From a virus (lineage: Duplodnaviria > Caudoviricetes), in IMG/VR virus record IMGVR_UViG_3300028591_000086, positions 96,001 through 160,000 of that record: DNA of 64,000 nt; one strand, 5' to 3'. A program made the position numbers and the translations under genes. The notes beneath the pieces were generated by a model. It searched no databases, was not told the origin of the DNA, and was given only the letters and a program-made list of their open reading frames with translations. This document shows, piece by piece, positions 38,847-48,918 of this stretch. Position 1 is the stretch's first letter; every line of letters starts with the position of its first letter.

Positions 38847-39698
38847 ATGTTTGAAAATATGCCATGGTGGGTATCTGCTATTATAATTATTCTTGCGATT
38901 TGTGTTGTATTTGTATTTTTATTAATAGTCATTAAAAATAATAAGGATATAGATGCAACTGCTGAAATAGGAGATAATTCGTTCGGGTTACAGGTTCAGA
39001 GTAGTAGCAATAATAATCAATCTATAAATGAAAAACCCCATCAAACTTCATTATTTACAGAATATGAATTTATTAAAAGTTATATTATGTCTATATTAGA
39101 TTCACATTCGTTGATAACATCGATATTCACGATGATAGCGAATAAAGAAGATATAAATGACAAGATATATCTAAGAATTCTAAAAAACAATGAAATTAAT
39201 TTTAAACATTTAAATATTAATGTAAAGATTATACAAAAATTGTATAAAAATTATTCGTTGAAAATTAAAGAAGAATTATCAAAATCTGTTATAAATATTA
39301 AGAATAATTTAGAAGATATTAATTCCGTATCATTAAACATAGATAAATTCTGTATGCTATTCGAGTCCGATAGTTTTATAGATATTATAATTCAGGAGTT
39401 TAAAAATAAAGGTTTTAAAACTGAATTATTAGATGGTGATTCTTATTCGGCATCTATTGAAACTCTAGATGATAAAATATTCAAATCGTTTAAGTATAAG
39501 ATTCGTAGACATTCTGTTGAATTAGTTAGCGAAATAAAACTAGCTAAAACTCGATTGATGAATACTGATGATAAAATTATTAAATTATTGTCAATTTTAT
39601 ATTGTGTAAATTCTACATACGATGCTGTACTAAAACACTTATATGAAGTGTATTTTGAATGCAAACCTGCTGTCATAGGAGATAGCGAAGGAGTGTAA
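38847..39698 (+). CDS. N-terminally membrane-anchored hypothetical protein
   Basis: ATG at 38847 after GGAGG; WWVSAIIIILAICVVFVFLLIVI; late promoter at 38822-38833. Confidence 0.8.
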   Translation: MFENMPWWVSAIIIILAICVVFVFLLIVIKNNKDIDATAEIGDNSFGLQVQSSSNNNQSINEKPHQTSLFTEYEFIKSYIMSILDSHSLITSIFTMIANKEDINDKIYLRILKNNEINFKHLNINVKIIQKLYKNYSLKIKEELSKSVINIKNNLEDINSVSLNIDKFCMLFESDSFIDIIIQEFKNKGFKTELLDGDSYSASIETLDDKIFKSFKYKIRRHSVELVSEIKLAKTRLMNTDDKIIKLLSILYCVNSTYDAVLKHLYEVYFECKPAVIGDSEGV

Positions 39699-39699
39699 A

Positions 39700-39933
39700 A
39701 TGAGTTTAAATGATGCTATTTATGACGATCTTCTAGACGAATCATTTCAAAAAGATTATGACAATTTTTATAATGATGACGATTGTAATGATTACAATGA
39801 CGATGAAGATGAAGATTTTGATGATTTTTCTTGGGCAGTATCATCCGATAGTTGTAATCCGTATAGTATTGGTTCACCATATGATGACGTTGACGATGAC
39901 GATGATTATTATGATGATTTATTAGATTTTTGA
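39700..39933 (+). CDS. small hyper-acidic protein
   Basis: 77 aa with 30 D/E and one K; AAGGAG RBS. Confidence 0.75.
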   Translation: MSLNDAIYDDLLDESFQKDYDNFYNDDDCNDYNDDEDEDFDDFSWAVSSDSCNPYSIGSPYDDVDDDDDYYDDLLDF

Positions 39934-39975
39934 AATAAAATAATCCTACCCATAATAGGGTAGGATTATATTTTG

Positions 39976-40587
39976 TTATTTTTTGTTTTTAAAGAATTTA
40001 AAAGACGATAAATCAATATTTTCAGCAAGTTTATTACCATACCTAGCAAATAAATATGCAATAACGTTTGATGTTAAACCATCAATAAACTCATTAGTTC
40101 CATATTCTGGTAAAATTAATATCTCTTCTATATTCTCTTTAGGCATATTAGTAAATCTACTTTTAGTTATAAATTCGAAAACTATAGCAACTAATGTGAT
40201 TATACAAAAAGATAATAAATACCAAAATAAAATTCTAAGTTTATATGCTGGAACAGGTGTTGACGTATCTACGCCAGTTTTTGTAAGACTGCGAAATCCT
40301 TCAGCTAAACCGATAATTACTATAAACACATTTAATGTATTAGCAAGTTTTGATATATCTATACTTAATAAAATTTGATATTTATTGAATGATATAAACA
40401 TATAACTTAATGCCGCTAATGTAAATGTGTATATAACATAAAAGACGAATTTTAAATCTCTTTGATTTAATTTATGTCGTTTTTTCATAAGCATTTGAGA
40501 TTCAGTTAATTCGTCGTCATCTATGATTCCGTTTTGATTTATATCTTGCGATATATCAAATGATTCTTCAATAGTTACTCTATTCAT
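39976..40587 (-). CDS. multi-pass membrane protein
   Basis: Three to four hydrophobic helices; N-terminal DINQNGIIDDDE (DxDxDG-like loop). Confidence 0.75.
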   Translation of the reverse strand: MNRVTIEESFDISQDINQNGIIDDDELTESQMLMKKRHKLNQRDLKFVFYVIYTFTLAALSYMFISFNKYQILLSIDISKLANTLNVFIVIIGLAEGFRSLTKTGVDTSTPVPAYKLRILFWYLLSFCIITLVAIVFEFITKSRFTNMPKENIEEILILPEYGTNEFIDGLTSNVIAYLFARYGNKLAENIDLSSFKFFKNKK

Positions 40588-41682
40588 CTATTCATGTACC
40601 TCATTTATCTTCATCGTATTCTTATTAAAGAATATTGAATTCATTAAAGAATGATTATTCAATATACTTCCATCAAGAGATGAAGATATTATTCTGTCAT
40701 AGAAATTCATTTCTCCTATCAAAGCACACAATGTAATACATATTCCGTACGCGTTTTTTAATATTCTTATTTCGAAATCTTTATTGTTTTCGTTTACTTC
40801 TTTATCGTTAACATTCACATCGTCGAAGAAATTGAATATTGCATCAAGGTTTTTATAGAACACATCTATAAGATCAAATTTGTTTTTTATAGATAAATTT
40901 ACGTTGGAAATTGAATAAATTCTTTCACTAGGAGTTTCATACGGATACCCTTTTATACAGAATTGAAATGCTGTATAATTAATTATGCTTCTAGGGAATA
41001 ATTGATTTGTATTTCCTGACATCGATGTTATGATATCTGAAACAAAACTTCTGAAAGAATTTTCTGATACAGTTAAATATGCGCTTAGATTACTTAGTTC
41101 ACACAATTTAACTATTAAATCTTTTACGTTTTTAAGTGCTAAGTCTATAAAATCATTACTTTTTATTTCATTTCGTAAAGAAGGAAATGAAATGTATGAT
41201 ATTTTTGATTCTGCGGGATAATGTCTATCAGTGTCGTTGTCTGTTAAGATATCTTTATTGTTTTTATCAACTAAACAATTGTTTATTATAAAAGTTTCAA
41301 TCGTTCCTTTTTGAACGTTTTTATCGCTTTTAATTAGCGATACATAAGGTTTTATGATCGCGGATAAACATTTAGATAAATCTGAAATCGATTGAAAATA
41401 TTCTTGTCGTTTAGATTCTTTTTCTTCAAAACTTAAACTGTTATTATTTTCAGAAAAATTATCTTTACATGTTGAGAATATTTCATCAAAGAAATTATTT
41501 GGAAGCAATCTTCTATAATCTTCACTTATTGAAATTGGTAAGAATTTTTTCACAGATGAAAATGTGGTAATATCGTTTCTTAAATAATATTCTTTGAATT
41601 CAAAAGATTTCACGTCGTTTGTTACGTTGATAATTCGATGCTCATTATGAATTGAAGTTCTAGATTTAATAGAACCGCTCAT
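40588..41682 (-). CDS. hypothetical protein
   Basis: ATG at 41682 after GGAGG; late promoter AACA-TGAATA-TG at 41719-41730. Confidence 0.8.
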   Translation of the reverse strand: MSGSIKSRTSIHNEHRIINVTNDVKSFEFKEYYLRNDITTFSSVKKFLPISISEDYRRLLPNNFFDEIFSTCKDNFSENNNSLSFEEKESKRQEYFQSISDLSKCLSAIIKPYVSLIKSDKNVQKGTIETFIINNCLVDKNNKDILTDNDTDRHYPAESKISYISFPSLRNEIKSNDFIDLALKNVKDLIVKLCELSNLSAYLTVSENSFRSFVSDIITSMSGNTNQLFPRSIINYTAFQFCIKGYPYETPSERIYSISNVNLSIKNKFDLIDVFYKNLDAIFNFFDDVNVNDKEVNENNKDFEIRILKNAYGICITLCALIGEMNFYDRIISSSLDGSILNNHSLMNSIFFNKNTMKINEVHE

Positions 41683-41786
41683 AAAGGCCTCCAATTAATA
41701 TAAAATAAATTCGCTCATCATATTCATGTTTTTTTATAAAGTATATTACATTTAATTGATATACTTTAAAATATGGGAGGCCTAAA

Positions 41787-43019
41787 ATGGCAAAAGAAGA
41801 AACACGTAAATTGAATATAAATTATTCAAATAAAAATCGTGGGTTTAAGAAAAAGTTTTCTAAATCAACATTTAAGTCTGGTGAAGAAATTTTACATGAT
41901 TCTGAAATTTTCAAGAGTGGCGCATTTAAAGAATTTGAAATTGGAGCAAAGTATTGTCTTCCAACAAATAAATTAAGTGATGAACAGCTTGCAGAAATTA
42001 AAGAACTATTTGGACAGGGAGAAGATAAACGTAATATTGTTTCATCTTTCGGCATCAATGATTCTGGTTGGATTGGAACAACTGTTAAAACCGGTGATAT
42101 TTGTAGAAATGATCCTGTAAATACTATCGATGTTGTTTCACCAGCTATTGATAAGTATCGAGGTTTCGCTGAAGGCAATAAAGAACTCTTTGTTTCAAGT
42201 TATGGTTACTTCAAAGCAACGATTGATTTTTCTAAATTGAATATGCTTAGCGATCCTTATACTGATGAAATTTATTATCCATATGGAGCAATGTTTTTCT
42301 CAGATAATAAGCATATGAATCAGTTTGAAGCATCGGTAGCATGCATTCCTAAGAAATACGATGGTGTAAAAAACAAGAAGAGCATTAAACCTGTTACTTG
42401 TGAAAATTGGACAAACGCCGTAATTGAAGGAAACTTTACTCGTCACGGATATCTTGTGATTTTCTATGTAAGTGAAGAAATAGTTGAAAATGACAATTAT
42501 AATCCAACAGTAAAAACTGTAGTTATCGAAATTGCTGCTAAGAAAGATTATAAAACTTCTAAGATTGAAGATGTATATATTGGAAGAGTTAAAACTTCTT
42601 CAGATAATACTTCTGATCTTTGTGGATATATTGTTGATGAAATTTATAAAAAATATGCGACATTTGTTGAAAAATCAAATGTTAAATATTGTATGATTGA
42701 TTGGATTTTCTCTGTAGGAAATAATCCTAAGAATTATGACCTTACACTTGAAAATAAACCTAAAGATACTAAATCTCCTGATTTCAAGAGCAATTTAAGT
42801 ATTGGCAACAAACGAAGGGTTGTTGTAGAAAATAACGAAAGTCAAGTTGATGAAGCAAAGGAAGAGGAAGCTAAAACAGATTGCATTTGTGAATGTGAAA
42901 CAATTGATGAATCTAGCGTGAGCGAAGCGGATTCTGAAGAATCAGAAGTTTGTGAATGTGAAGCTGAAGCCGAAACATCAGATGCTGAAGTCGATGTTGA
43001 CTCTGATAGTGAGGATTAA
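41787..43019 (+). CDS. hypothetical protein with basic N-terminus and acidic C-terminal tail
   Basis: 410 aa, GGGAGG RBS. Confidence 0.85.
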   Translation: MAKEETRKLNINYSNKNRGFKKKFSKSTFKSGEEILHDSEIFKSGAFKEFEIGAKYCLPTNKLSDEQLAEIKELFGQGEDKRNIVSSFGINDSGWIGTTVKTGDICRNDPVNTIDVVSPAIDKYRGFAEGNKELFVSSYGYFKATIDFSKLNMLSDPYTDEIYYPYGAMFFSDNKHMNQFEASVACIPKKYDGVKNKKSIKPVTCENWTNAVIEGNFTRHGYLVIFYVSEEIVENDNYNPTVKTVVIEIAAKKDYKTSKIEDVYIGRVKTSSDNTSDLCGYIVDEIYKKYATFVEKSNVKYCMIDWIFSVGNNPKNYDLTLENKPKDTKSPDFKSNLSIGNKRRVVVENNESQVDEAKEEEAKTDCICECETIDESSVSEADSEESEVCECEAEAETSDAEVDVDSDSED

Positions 43020-43021
43020 TT

Positions 43022-43423
43022 ATGGCCGTAACTAAAACCACTACAGCTAAGACAGCTGCAAAAAAGTCTGCACCTGCTAAGAAAGCAGCTCCTGCTAAGG
43101 CAAAAACACCTGTTAAGACTACTGCTAAAGTAGCAGCTAAACCTACTAAAAAAGCAGAAGTTAAGAAAACTACTGCTAAAACTGCAGCAAAGAAAGCTAC
43201 TACTGCACCTGCTAAGAAAGCAGCTCCTGCTAAGGCAAAAACACCTGTTAAGACTACTGCTAAAGTAGCAGCTAAACCTACTAAAAAAGCAGAAGTTAAG
43301 AAAACTACTGCTAAAACTGCAGCAAAGAAAGCTACTACTGCACCTGCTAAGAAAGCAGCTCCTGCTAAGGCAAAAACACCTGTTAAGACTACTGCTAAGA
43401 AAGTAGATGTTAAAAAAAAGTAG
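43022..43423 (+). CDS. histone H1-like K/A/T/P-rich basic protein
   Basis: PAKK/TAKK motifs; 45-aa unit repeated ~2.5 times; GAGG RBS. Confidence 0.85.
   Translation: MAVTKTTTAKTAAKKSAPAKKAAPAKAKTPVKTTAKVAAKPTKKAEVKKTTAKTAAKKATTAPAKKAAPAKAKTPVKTTAKVAAKPTKKAEVKKTTAKTAAKKATTAPAKKAAPAKAKTPVKTTAKKVDVKKK
43068..43398 (+). repeat. 135-bp tandem repeat, ~2.5 copies
   Basis: CTGCACCTGCTAAGAAAGC starts at 43068, 43203 and 43338. Confidence 0.9.
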
Positions 43424-43452
43424 AAACTAACAAAAAGCCAATAATTAAACAC

Positions 43453-43683
43453 ATGCCTCCTAAAGAAGAAGTTAAGATTATTCGTGATCATCTAAACAGA
43501 GTAACTAAAGCGGCTAGTGATTATGAAAAACCAGTTGCTAAAGCTGCATCTAAAGTCTATGACAATAGTAACGAAATAGTCACATCTAGTGTATTCAAGA
43601 AAACAAAATCTATAGCTCCTTCAGGTAAAGCATGTGATATTGGTGAGAATCTGTTGGATTCTTTCAATGGTAGTCTAACGTAG
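43453..43683 (+). CDS. hypothetical protein
   Basis: 76-aa ORF followed by a terminator at 43692-43719. Confidence 0.65.
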   Translation: MPPKEEVKIIRDHLNRVTKAASDYEKPVAKAASKVYDNSNEIVTSSVFKKTKSIAPSGKACDIGENLLDSFNGSLT

Positions 43684-43740
43684 ATTCAAATAAACTGGTC
43701 TTATATAAGACCAGTTTATTTTTATTTAAAGGAGAAAAAA

Positions 43741-44712
43741 ATGGAATCAAAACAATTGTTTTTAGTTGAAGGTCCCGATATGTGTGGCAAAACCTTCATC
43801 TGCAACCTTATGAAGGAAATTATAGAAGTAGATAAAACTATTAAAGATACTTCTTATAAATATTTTAAATTCCCACAATATGATCAAACGTTTGGTGATT
43901 CTATAATGGATCATTTGATTAATTTTGATCCTAAAAGTATACACATGTTTGAAAAACGTGAAAAAATTTCAAATGAATTGATTATCAATAAGATCGATAG
44001 TCTTGGTAAGATATTGGATGAAATAAATAAATCAACAGAGAAAAATACAGTTATAGTGTTTGATAGATTTACTATGTCCCAATTAGTTTATGATTTGGCA
44101 TGGACAACTAATCCTAGATTCAGAAACCACATAAATGTATACAGATATTATGATATTAAAAATAAATATGCTAGTATAGTGTATAATATGTATAAAAATG
44201 CTTTTCCTAAAGAAACATCTATATCATCTATATATTGTAAATCGTCGGTATATATTAAATGTGTATCACAAGTTGAAAAAGGTTTACGTAGATTAGATTC
44301 ATATGATAAAAATAAATTATATCAAGATACTGTTAAGATTTTGTTTCGTTTGATGTATGAAGGTTTGACTTTTAGGGAACTTCGAACTTGTGTAAGCGGA
44401 AGCACGTTGTCTAAAAGATATTGTTCGATACGTTCTATGAAAGAAATAATTTTTGAATCAAAATATACTAAAATCCAACAACCGTATTCGGAACAAAACG
44501 TTCGTGTAATACATCCTGATATTATTTATTCTGAAATTTATTCATCTATGGGAATTGAAAAAGTAGCTAAGGCCATATTAGATCAAGATGAAAAATGTAT
44601 AGTCAGATTTTTAACAAACCCGGCAAATGCAGACACTATTAATGAAGCAAAAGAAAAGTATATCTCAGAAATTAAAAATATTTTAACTGAGCTAATAACA
44701 CAAGGAGTTTAA
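43741..44712 (+). CDS. tmk: thymidylate/dNMP kinase-like protein
   Basis: VEGPDMCGKT P-loop, FKFP, VFDRF..SQLVY. Confidence 0.8.
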   Translation: MESKQLFLVEGPDMCGKTFICNLMKEIIEVDKTIKDTSYKYFKFPQYDQTFGDSIMDHLINFDPKSIHMFEKREKISNELIINKIDSLGKILDEINKSTEKNTVIVFDRFTMSQLVYDLAWTTNPRFRNHINVYRYYDIKNKYASIVYNMYKNAFPKETSISSIYCKSSVYIKCVSQVEKGLRRLDSYDKNKLYQDTVKILFRLMYEGLTFRELRTCVSGSTLSKRYCSIRSMKEIIFESKYTKIQQPYSEQNVRVIHPDIIYSEIYSSMGIEKVAKAILDQDEKCIVRFLTNPANADTINEAKEKYISEIKNILTELITQGV

Positions 44713-44714
44713 TT

Positions 44715-47048
44715 ATGAATAATATAGAATTAATTTCTATTGGCGAAGATTCTAAGGAATTGTTTTTAAAAAAAGATAAAAACTGTATTGTTAAATTATC
44801 GGAAAATATATCGAAGTTGAAAGATGAGACTAAAAATATTCTTAAACTTGATCCAGATTATACCAACGTAAAGAATGTTATTGATGAAATTGATTCTTTA
44901 GGAGTTAATTTTAAATACATGTTAGATTCTTATTCAGAGTATTATAAGAGTCAACATGATGGTTTTGTACCAGATTCATTAAGATTACCGTATTCGTTAT
45001 CTAAGAAAGTTTTAGGTTCTCAAATATATTATAAGAAAGCGAATTTCAATTATAAGACTAATGATTTAGTTAAAGATACCTATGGTGTAGATTTTGGATC
45101 TAGATTTACATACATATTTGATATAGTTATTAATCTCGTTAATGATAAAACAATTGTTGAAGATAACATTCCTGAAGTGTACGAATCATTTAAATGCATG
45201 TTATTTGAAGCAGCGAATACTTTACATCCAAGAGCATTTGCTGAATGTATCGATAATATGATACCATCTATTAAAGATACTTTTGGTGAAAGATGTGAAG
45301 GAGATATCATTCAGATTTTCGAAACTTTGGTTATAACTGAAGGAAATAATTTGAATAATAATAATTATATCGATACTATTAATACACGTGAAAAATCAAA
45401 CTTTGTATTTGATATTCTCAGTAAACATGTGTTTACGGATGTTCATGAAATTCTTGATGATCCGAATCATCACAACTGGTTCAACACTATATTGGCTAAT
45501 TCTAATTATGAAAAATATAGAAAATCGTTTTACACAAATGCTTTGTTGGATTTAGTGATTGATTATGGTGAAAAAATCGATAAAGATGATGTTAAACAAA
45601 ATAATATGATCTATGCTAATAGATATATTAGACAAAGTGTAACTAATTGGATTAAGAATCCTATAATTGCGGATCGTCAAAAAGAACCTGAAGTATACGC
45701 TTATATTAATATTCCTGAATATCTTGAAGCAATTTATAGATATGGTGTCTTCTTTATTGGTAATATTGATGATAGAATTAATGAGTTTGATAAGATCCAA
45801 GAGGATTTAACAAATGAAATTAAAGAAATTGATGAAAAACTCTTACATGATAATACTAAAGAAGAAAACAAAGATTTGAAAAAGGATAAAGAAAACCGCG
45901 TTGAATCTCTTGAAAAATCTGAATCACAGAGAAAACATCTTTTAAAACTAGAATCTCTTATCAGTTTCTTATTTATAGAAATATTGTCTAATGAGAAATT
46001 AACATACATGTCGTTTGATGATAATTTTATATATTCTATCTTTTTACATGAGCCAAATGTAGATAATGCAATGCATAGTACATTTGTTGCTATATCTTCA
46101 TTGTATTTTAAACGCGATTTTATTGGTGGAATATCTATATCACCTATTAATCCATACTTTGTACATAAAGGATTTGATTCTGATATAGCATCTGATGAAG
46201 CAAAATTCATTGCTAAAATGTTGTCTGTTAACGTTAATTATAACAATAGTAGTATGATTAATGGTGCTACGTGTGTTACTCCTAGAGAAATTTCGAACGT
46301 TATGATTTCTTTAAAAGAATCATTGAATAAATTGTATTTCCACGTTAAAGGCCATACTGTAAATTCAATTAATTTCATTTTGGGAAATTTACAACAGTCT
46401 ATAAATGATTTAGATACTTATGAAGATAAAATTGCAGATATTATCGGAAAAACTAAACATCATGATATTTGGGAAGCATTTAACTCTGCAGAAAAATTAT
46501 TACGTGAAGTATATCACGAAATATTTAATACAGATAGTGACAATGATAGAAATGTGGTTAAACTATTCATTGAAGGAGTAGATAAATTAAATAACAAGTT
46601 TAAATCTATTAAGGATTTAATTAATTCATGTATAGAATCTGTTTCTAAACAACAAAATAAAAATCTGTTACTTACGTTGTTAGGTGTCGGTTCACCTTAT
46701 AATCCTGAAGGAGATATAGATAAATATTTTGATGATAGCTACTTTAATTATCTAAATAAAATAAATGTTTATTTGGAATATCTTAAAGAAGCATACATGG
46801 GCACAGATAATAGTTTTAAAGTTATCAACGAAATAATGGATAATTTTGAAAAATGTATCATGGGGTATTTTGATGATGAAGACCTCAAGACATTATGGCC
46901 CGTACTAACTCAAGTAAATATTCCTATCAATGAAGAAACAACTGTGTTAGATGATACTAAGTTTAAAGATATTAAACCTGGTGATATTAAATCTGGAAGA
47001 TATAAACGAACAATTACTAGATTCAGTACATCCAGCGCATGCGATTAA
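44715..47048 (+). CDS. hypothetical helical protein
   Basis: 777-aa ORF, AAGGAG RBS, terminator at 47062-47091. Confidence 0.85.
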   Translation: MNNIELISIGEDSKELFLKKDKNCIVKLSENISKLKDETKNILKLDPDYTNVKNVIDEIDSLGVNFKYMLDSYSEYYKSQHDGFVPDSLRLPYSLSKKVLGSQIYYKKANFNYKTNDLVKDTYGVDFGSRFTYIFDIVINLVNDKTIVEDNIPEVYESFKCMLFEAANTLHPRAFAECIDNMIPSIKDTFGERCEGDIIQIFETLVITEGNNLNNNNYIDTINTREKSNFVFDILSKHVFTDVHEILDDPNHHNWFNTILANSNYEKYRKSFYTNALLDLVIDYGEKIDKDDVKQNNMIYANRYIRQSVTNWIKNPIIADRQKEPEVYAYINIPEYLEAIYRYGVFFIGNIDDRINEFDKIQEDLTNEIKEIDEKLLHDNTKEENKDLKKDKENRVESLEKSESQRKHLLKLESLISFLFIEILSNEKLTYMSFDDNFIYSIFLHEPNVDNAMHSTFVAISSLYFKRDFIGGISISPINPYFVHKGFDSDIASDEAKFIAKMLSVNVNYNNSSMINGATCVTPREISNVMISLKESLNKLYFHVKGHTVNSINFILGNLQQSINDLDTYEDKIADIIGKTKHHDIWEAFNSAEKLLREVYHEIFNTDSDNDRNVVKLFIEGVDKLNNKFKSIKDLINSCIESVSKQQNKNLLLTLLGVGSPYNPEGDIDKYFDDSYFNYLNKINVYLEYLKEAYMGTDNSFKVINEIMDNFEKCIMGYFDDEDLKTLWPVLTQVNIPINEETTVLDDTKFKDIKPGDIKSGRYKRTITRFSTSSACD

Positions 47049-47157
47049 TGATTGATTCTATAATAGATAGACGGAATTCCGTCTATCTATTTTTATTTAA
47101 ACAGATTTTAATTTTCATAAATATGAGTAGGGTTATTTTTTTTTTGATATAAAATTA

Positions 47158-47165
47158 TATATTAT
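47158..47165 (+). promoter_or_regulatory. early-type promoter TATATTAT
   Basis: Same octamer upstream of units at 15158(-), 20189(-), 38761(-), 48633(+), 51173(+). Confidence 0.6.
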
Positions 47166-47188
47166 ATCTTAAGAAGGAGATATAAATT

Positions 47189-48487
47189 ATGCAGATTAAA
47201 CCGTTTGAAGCAATAGCTTCTGGATATTATGATAAGGATACTATTAAGTCTATAAGAGTAGATATGCACTATATTCCTAAAACCGTGACTTATGCTAAAG
47301 CTGGAAAAGACGAAAATTATTCAAATATAGTAGGTAAGTTGATTGTTTCTAAAAAATATTTAATTAAATTTGAAAATATTGGAACAGTATTTGTAAAAAT
47401 TATTTATATTTATCATCATAAAAACACTTCGGAAATAAATAATGTGGAAGAATTGAATGATCATAAAGACACAGAATTGAAATTGACTGATATAATCACG
47501 TCGATGTATGATGATAATTATCATCATTATTTTGGAAATGTAATATATACCTTCACAGGTTCAGGTCAATTAGTTACCACGGTATTTGAAAGTAAACAAA
47601 AATATGCTCAAGATAATGATGATTCGAACAGTGCTATAAAAACATTTAATAATTTTGATAAATGTTTATATGCTTTCATAGTTTCAGATAATCCGTTAAA
47701 AATTCACATAGATAAAAACGATAATAAGATATTTAATTCTAATGGTAAGAGTTTTAATGCTACACGCCAATTAGCTAGAGATGAATTATTTAAAGAAACT
47801 ACTGATATTGGTGAGTTATTAAATAATAATTTTGTTAATTTAGAATTCAACGGATATAAATCTACTATGTATAAAGACATGAATACGTTTAATGATTCTA
47901 ATCTTTTAAATATATCACAGGGTTATATTACTGCTGCTATTGAGGATGAAAAACATTTAGGTCATCCAATATCTCGTGTTTTATCAGCAAGAGATAATAA
48001 ACTTGGTGATATGATGATATATTCCGAATGTTTAAAGTCTATGATGCTAGAATTATTTAAAGGTTTTAAAATGTCGATGATAGATAGGATAGATATGACA
48101 TATACTAGTGATGGAGATAAATTACATATCAACAAAGTAATAACGCCTTTTGATAAGCCTCATGTGACGATGGAATTAAATGCGATGACATCAATATGTG
48201 ATAGATTTAGAAAAGCGGTAGATGATATACTTACGATATTTGATAATTGTATTATACATATTTCGATAAATGACGTTTATATCTTTGTTAGGATTAAAAA
48301 TAAAGACAAAGATGAAACAGTTGATAAAATGGTATTCATAGACGATTTAATAAATGATTTTGTTTATTATAATTTTAAATCTAAACGATTTAAAAAGAAT
48401 CATTATAGTAACGTTATGAAAGACAATATGCGAATGAGTACAATGATGCATTATTTTGATAAAGAAATTGAAGATATACCATTCTAA
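47189..48487 (+). CDS. hypothetical early protein ending in EIEDIPF
   Basis: 432 aa, AAGGAG RBS. Confidence 0.85.
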   Translation: MQIKPFEAIASGYYDKDTIKSIRVDMHYIPKTVTYAKAGKDENYSNIVGKLIVSKKYLIKFENIGTVFVKIIYIYHHKNTSEINNVEELNDHKDTELKLTDIITSMYDDNYHHYFGNVIYTFTGSGQLVTTVFESKQKYAQDNDDSNSAIKTFNNFDKCLYAFIVSDNPLKIHIDKNDNKIFNSNGKSFNATRQLARDELFKETTDIGELLNNNFVNLEFNGYKSTMYKDMNTFNDSNLLNISQGYITAAIEDEKHLGHPISRVLSARDNKLGDMMIYSECLKSMMLELFKGFKMSMIDRIDMTYTSDGDKLHINKVITPFDKPHVTMELNAMTSICDRFRKAVDDILTIFDNCIIHISINDVYIFVRIKNKDKDETVDKMVFIDDLINDFVYYNFKSKRFKKNHYSNVMKDNMRMSTMMHYFDKEIEDIPF

Positions 48488-48650
48488 AGCAAAATATTGT
48501 AAAAAAATATAGCGCATAAACATATTTGTGTATTAGAAAGAAAGCTGTGTTGTAATGTCATATTCTACTAGACAGAAATAAAATATTGAATCTTCTGTCT
48601 AGTAGCATTTGATTCAATACAGTTATTCTTTATATATTATGCCTATGTAT

Positions 48651-48724
48651 GGAGTTATGGAAAAGTTGGTTAATTCGTCAGCTTGTCACGCTGAAGATCC
48701 CGGGTTCGAGTCCCGGTAACTCCG
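48651..48724 (+). tRNA. trnD: tRNA-Asp(GTC), copy 1
   Basis: GGAGTTA/TAACTCC acceptor, TCAGC-TTGTCAC-GCTGA anticodon arm, CCGGG-TTCGAGT-CCCGG T arm; no encoded CCA. Confidence 0.93.
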
Positions 48725-48731
48725 TATAGTC

Positions 48732-48803
48732 TCCCGGATCGTATAAAGGTAGTTACATCGGCTTTTGGTGCCGATTGTGGGGGTTCGAGTCCTCCTTCGG
48801 GAA
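48732..48803 (+). tRNA. trnQ: tRNA-Gln(TTG)
   Basis: TCCCGGA/TTCGGGA acceptor, TCGGC-TTTTGGT-GCCGA anticodon arm, TTCGAGT T loop. Confidence 0.88.
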
Positions 48804-48807
48804 TAAA

Positions 48808-48908
48808 AACGATTCGAGAAAAAGCTAAACCTATATGCTCATAATTCGCAGCATTTAATTTGCGGCGCGAGGGAATAGGGAGATTGAGAAGCATAAACTC
48901 GAATCGTT
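48808..48908 (+). ncRNA. unassigned ~100-nt structured RNA
   Basis: Perfect 11-bp closing stem AACGATTCGAG/CTCGAATCGTT; internal CCTAT/ATAGG pairing. Confidence 0.5.
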
Positions 48909-48918
48909 ATTAATGTGA

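Noticed and set aside
39700-39933. Ugi homolog
   Set aside because: Similar size and charge only; no sequence resemblance to PBS1/PBS2 Ugi
42860-43019. CXXX precursor for the radical SAM enzyme
   Set aside because: Cys spacing is CxCxC in an acidic tail, not a CxxxCxxxC repeat
42913-43491. 192-aa hydrophobic ORF on the minus strand
   Set aside because: Antisense shadow of the H1-like repeat gene; no RBS
48670-48894. 74-aa minus-strand ORF
   Set aside because: Antisense to tRNA-Asp and tRNA-Gln
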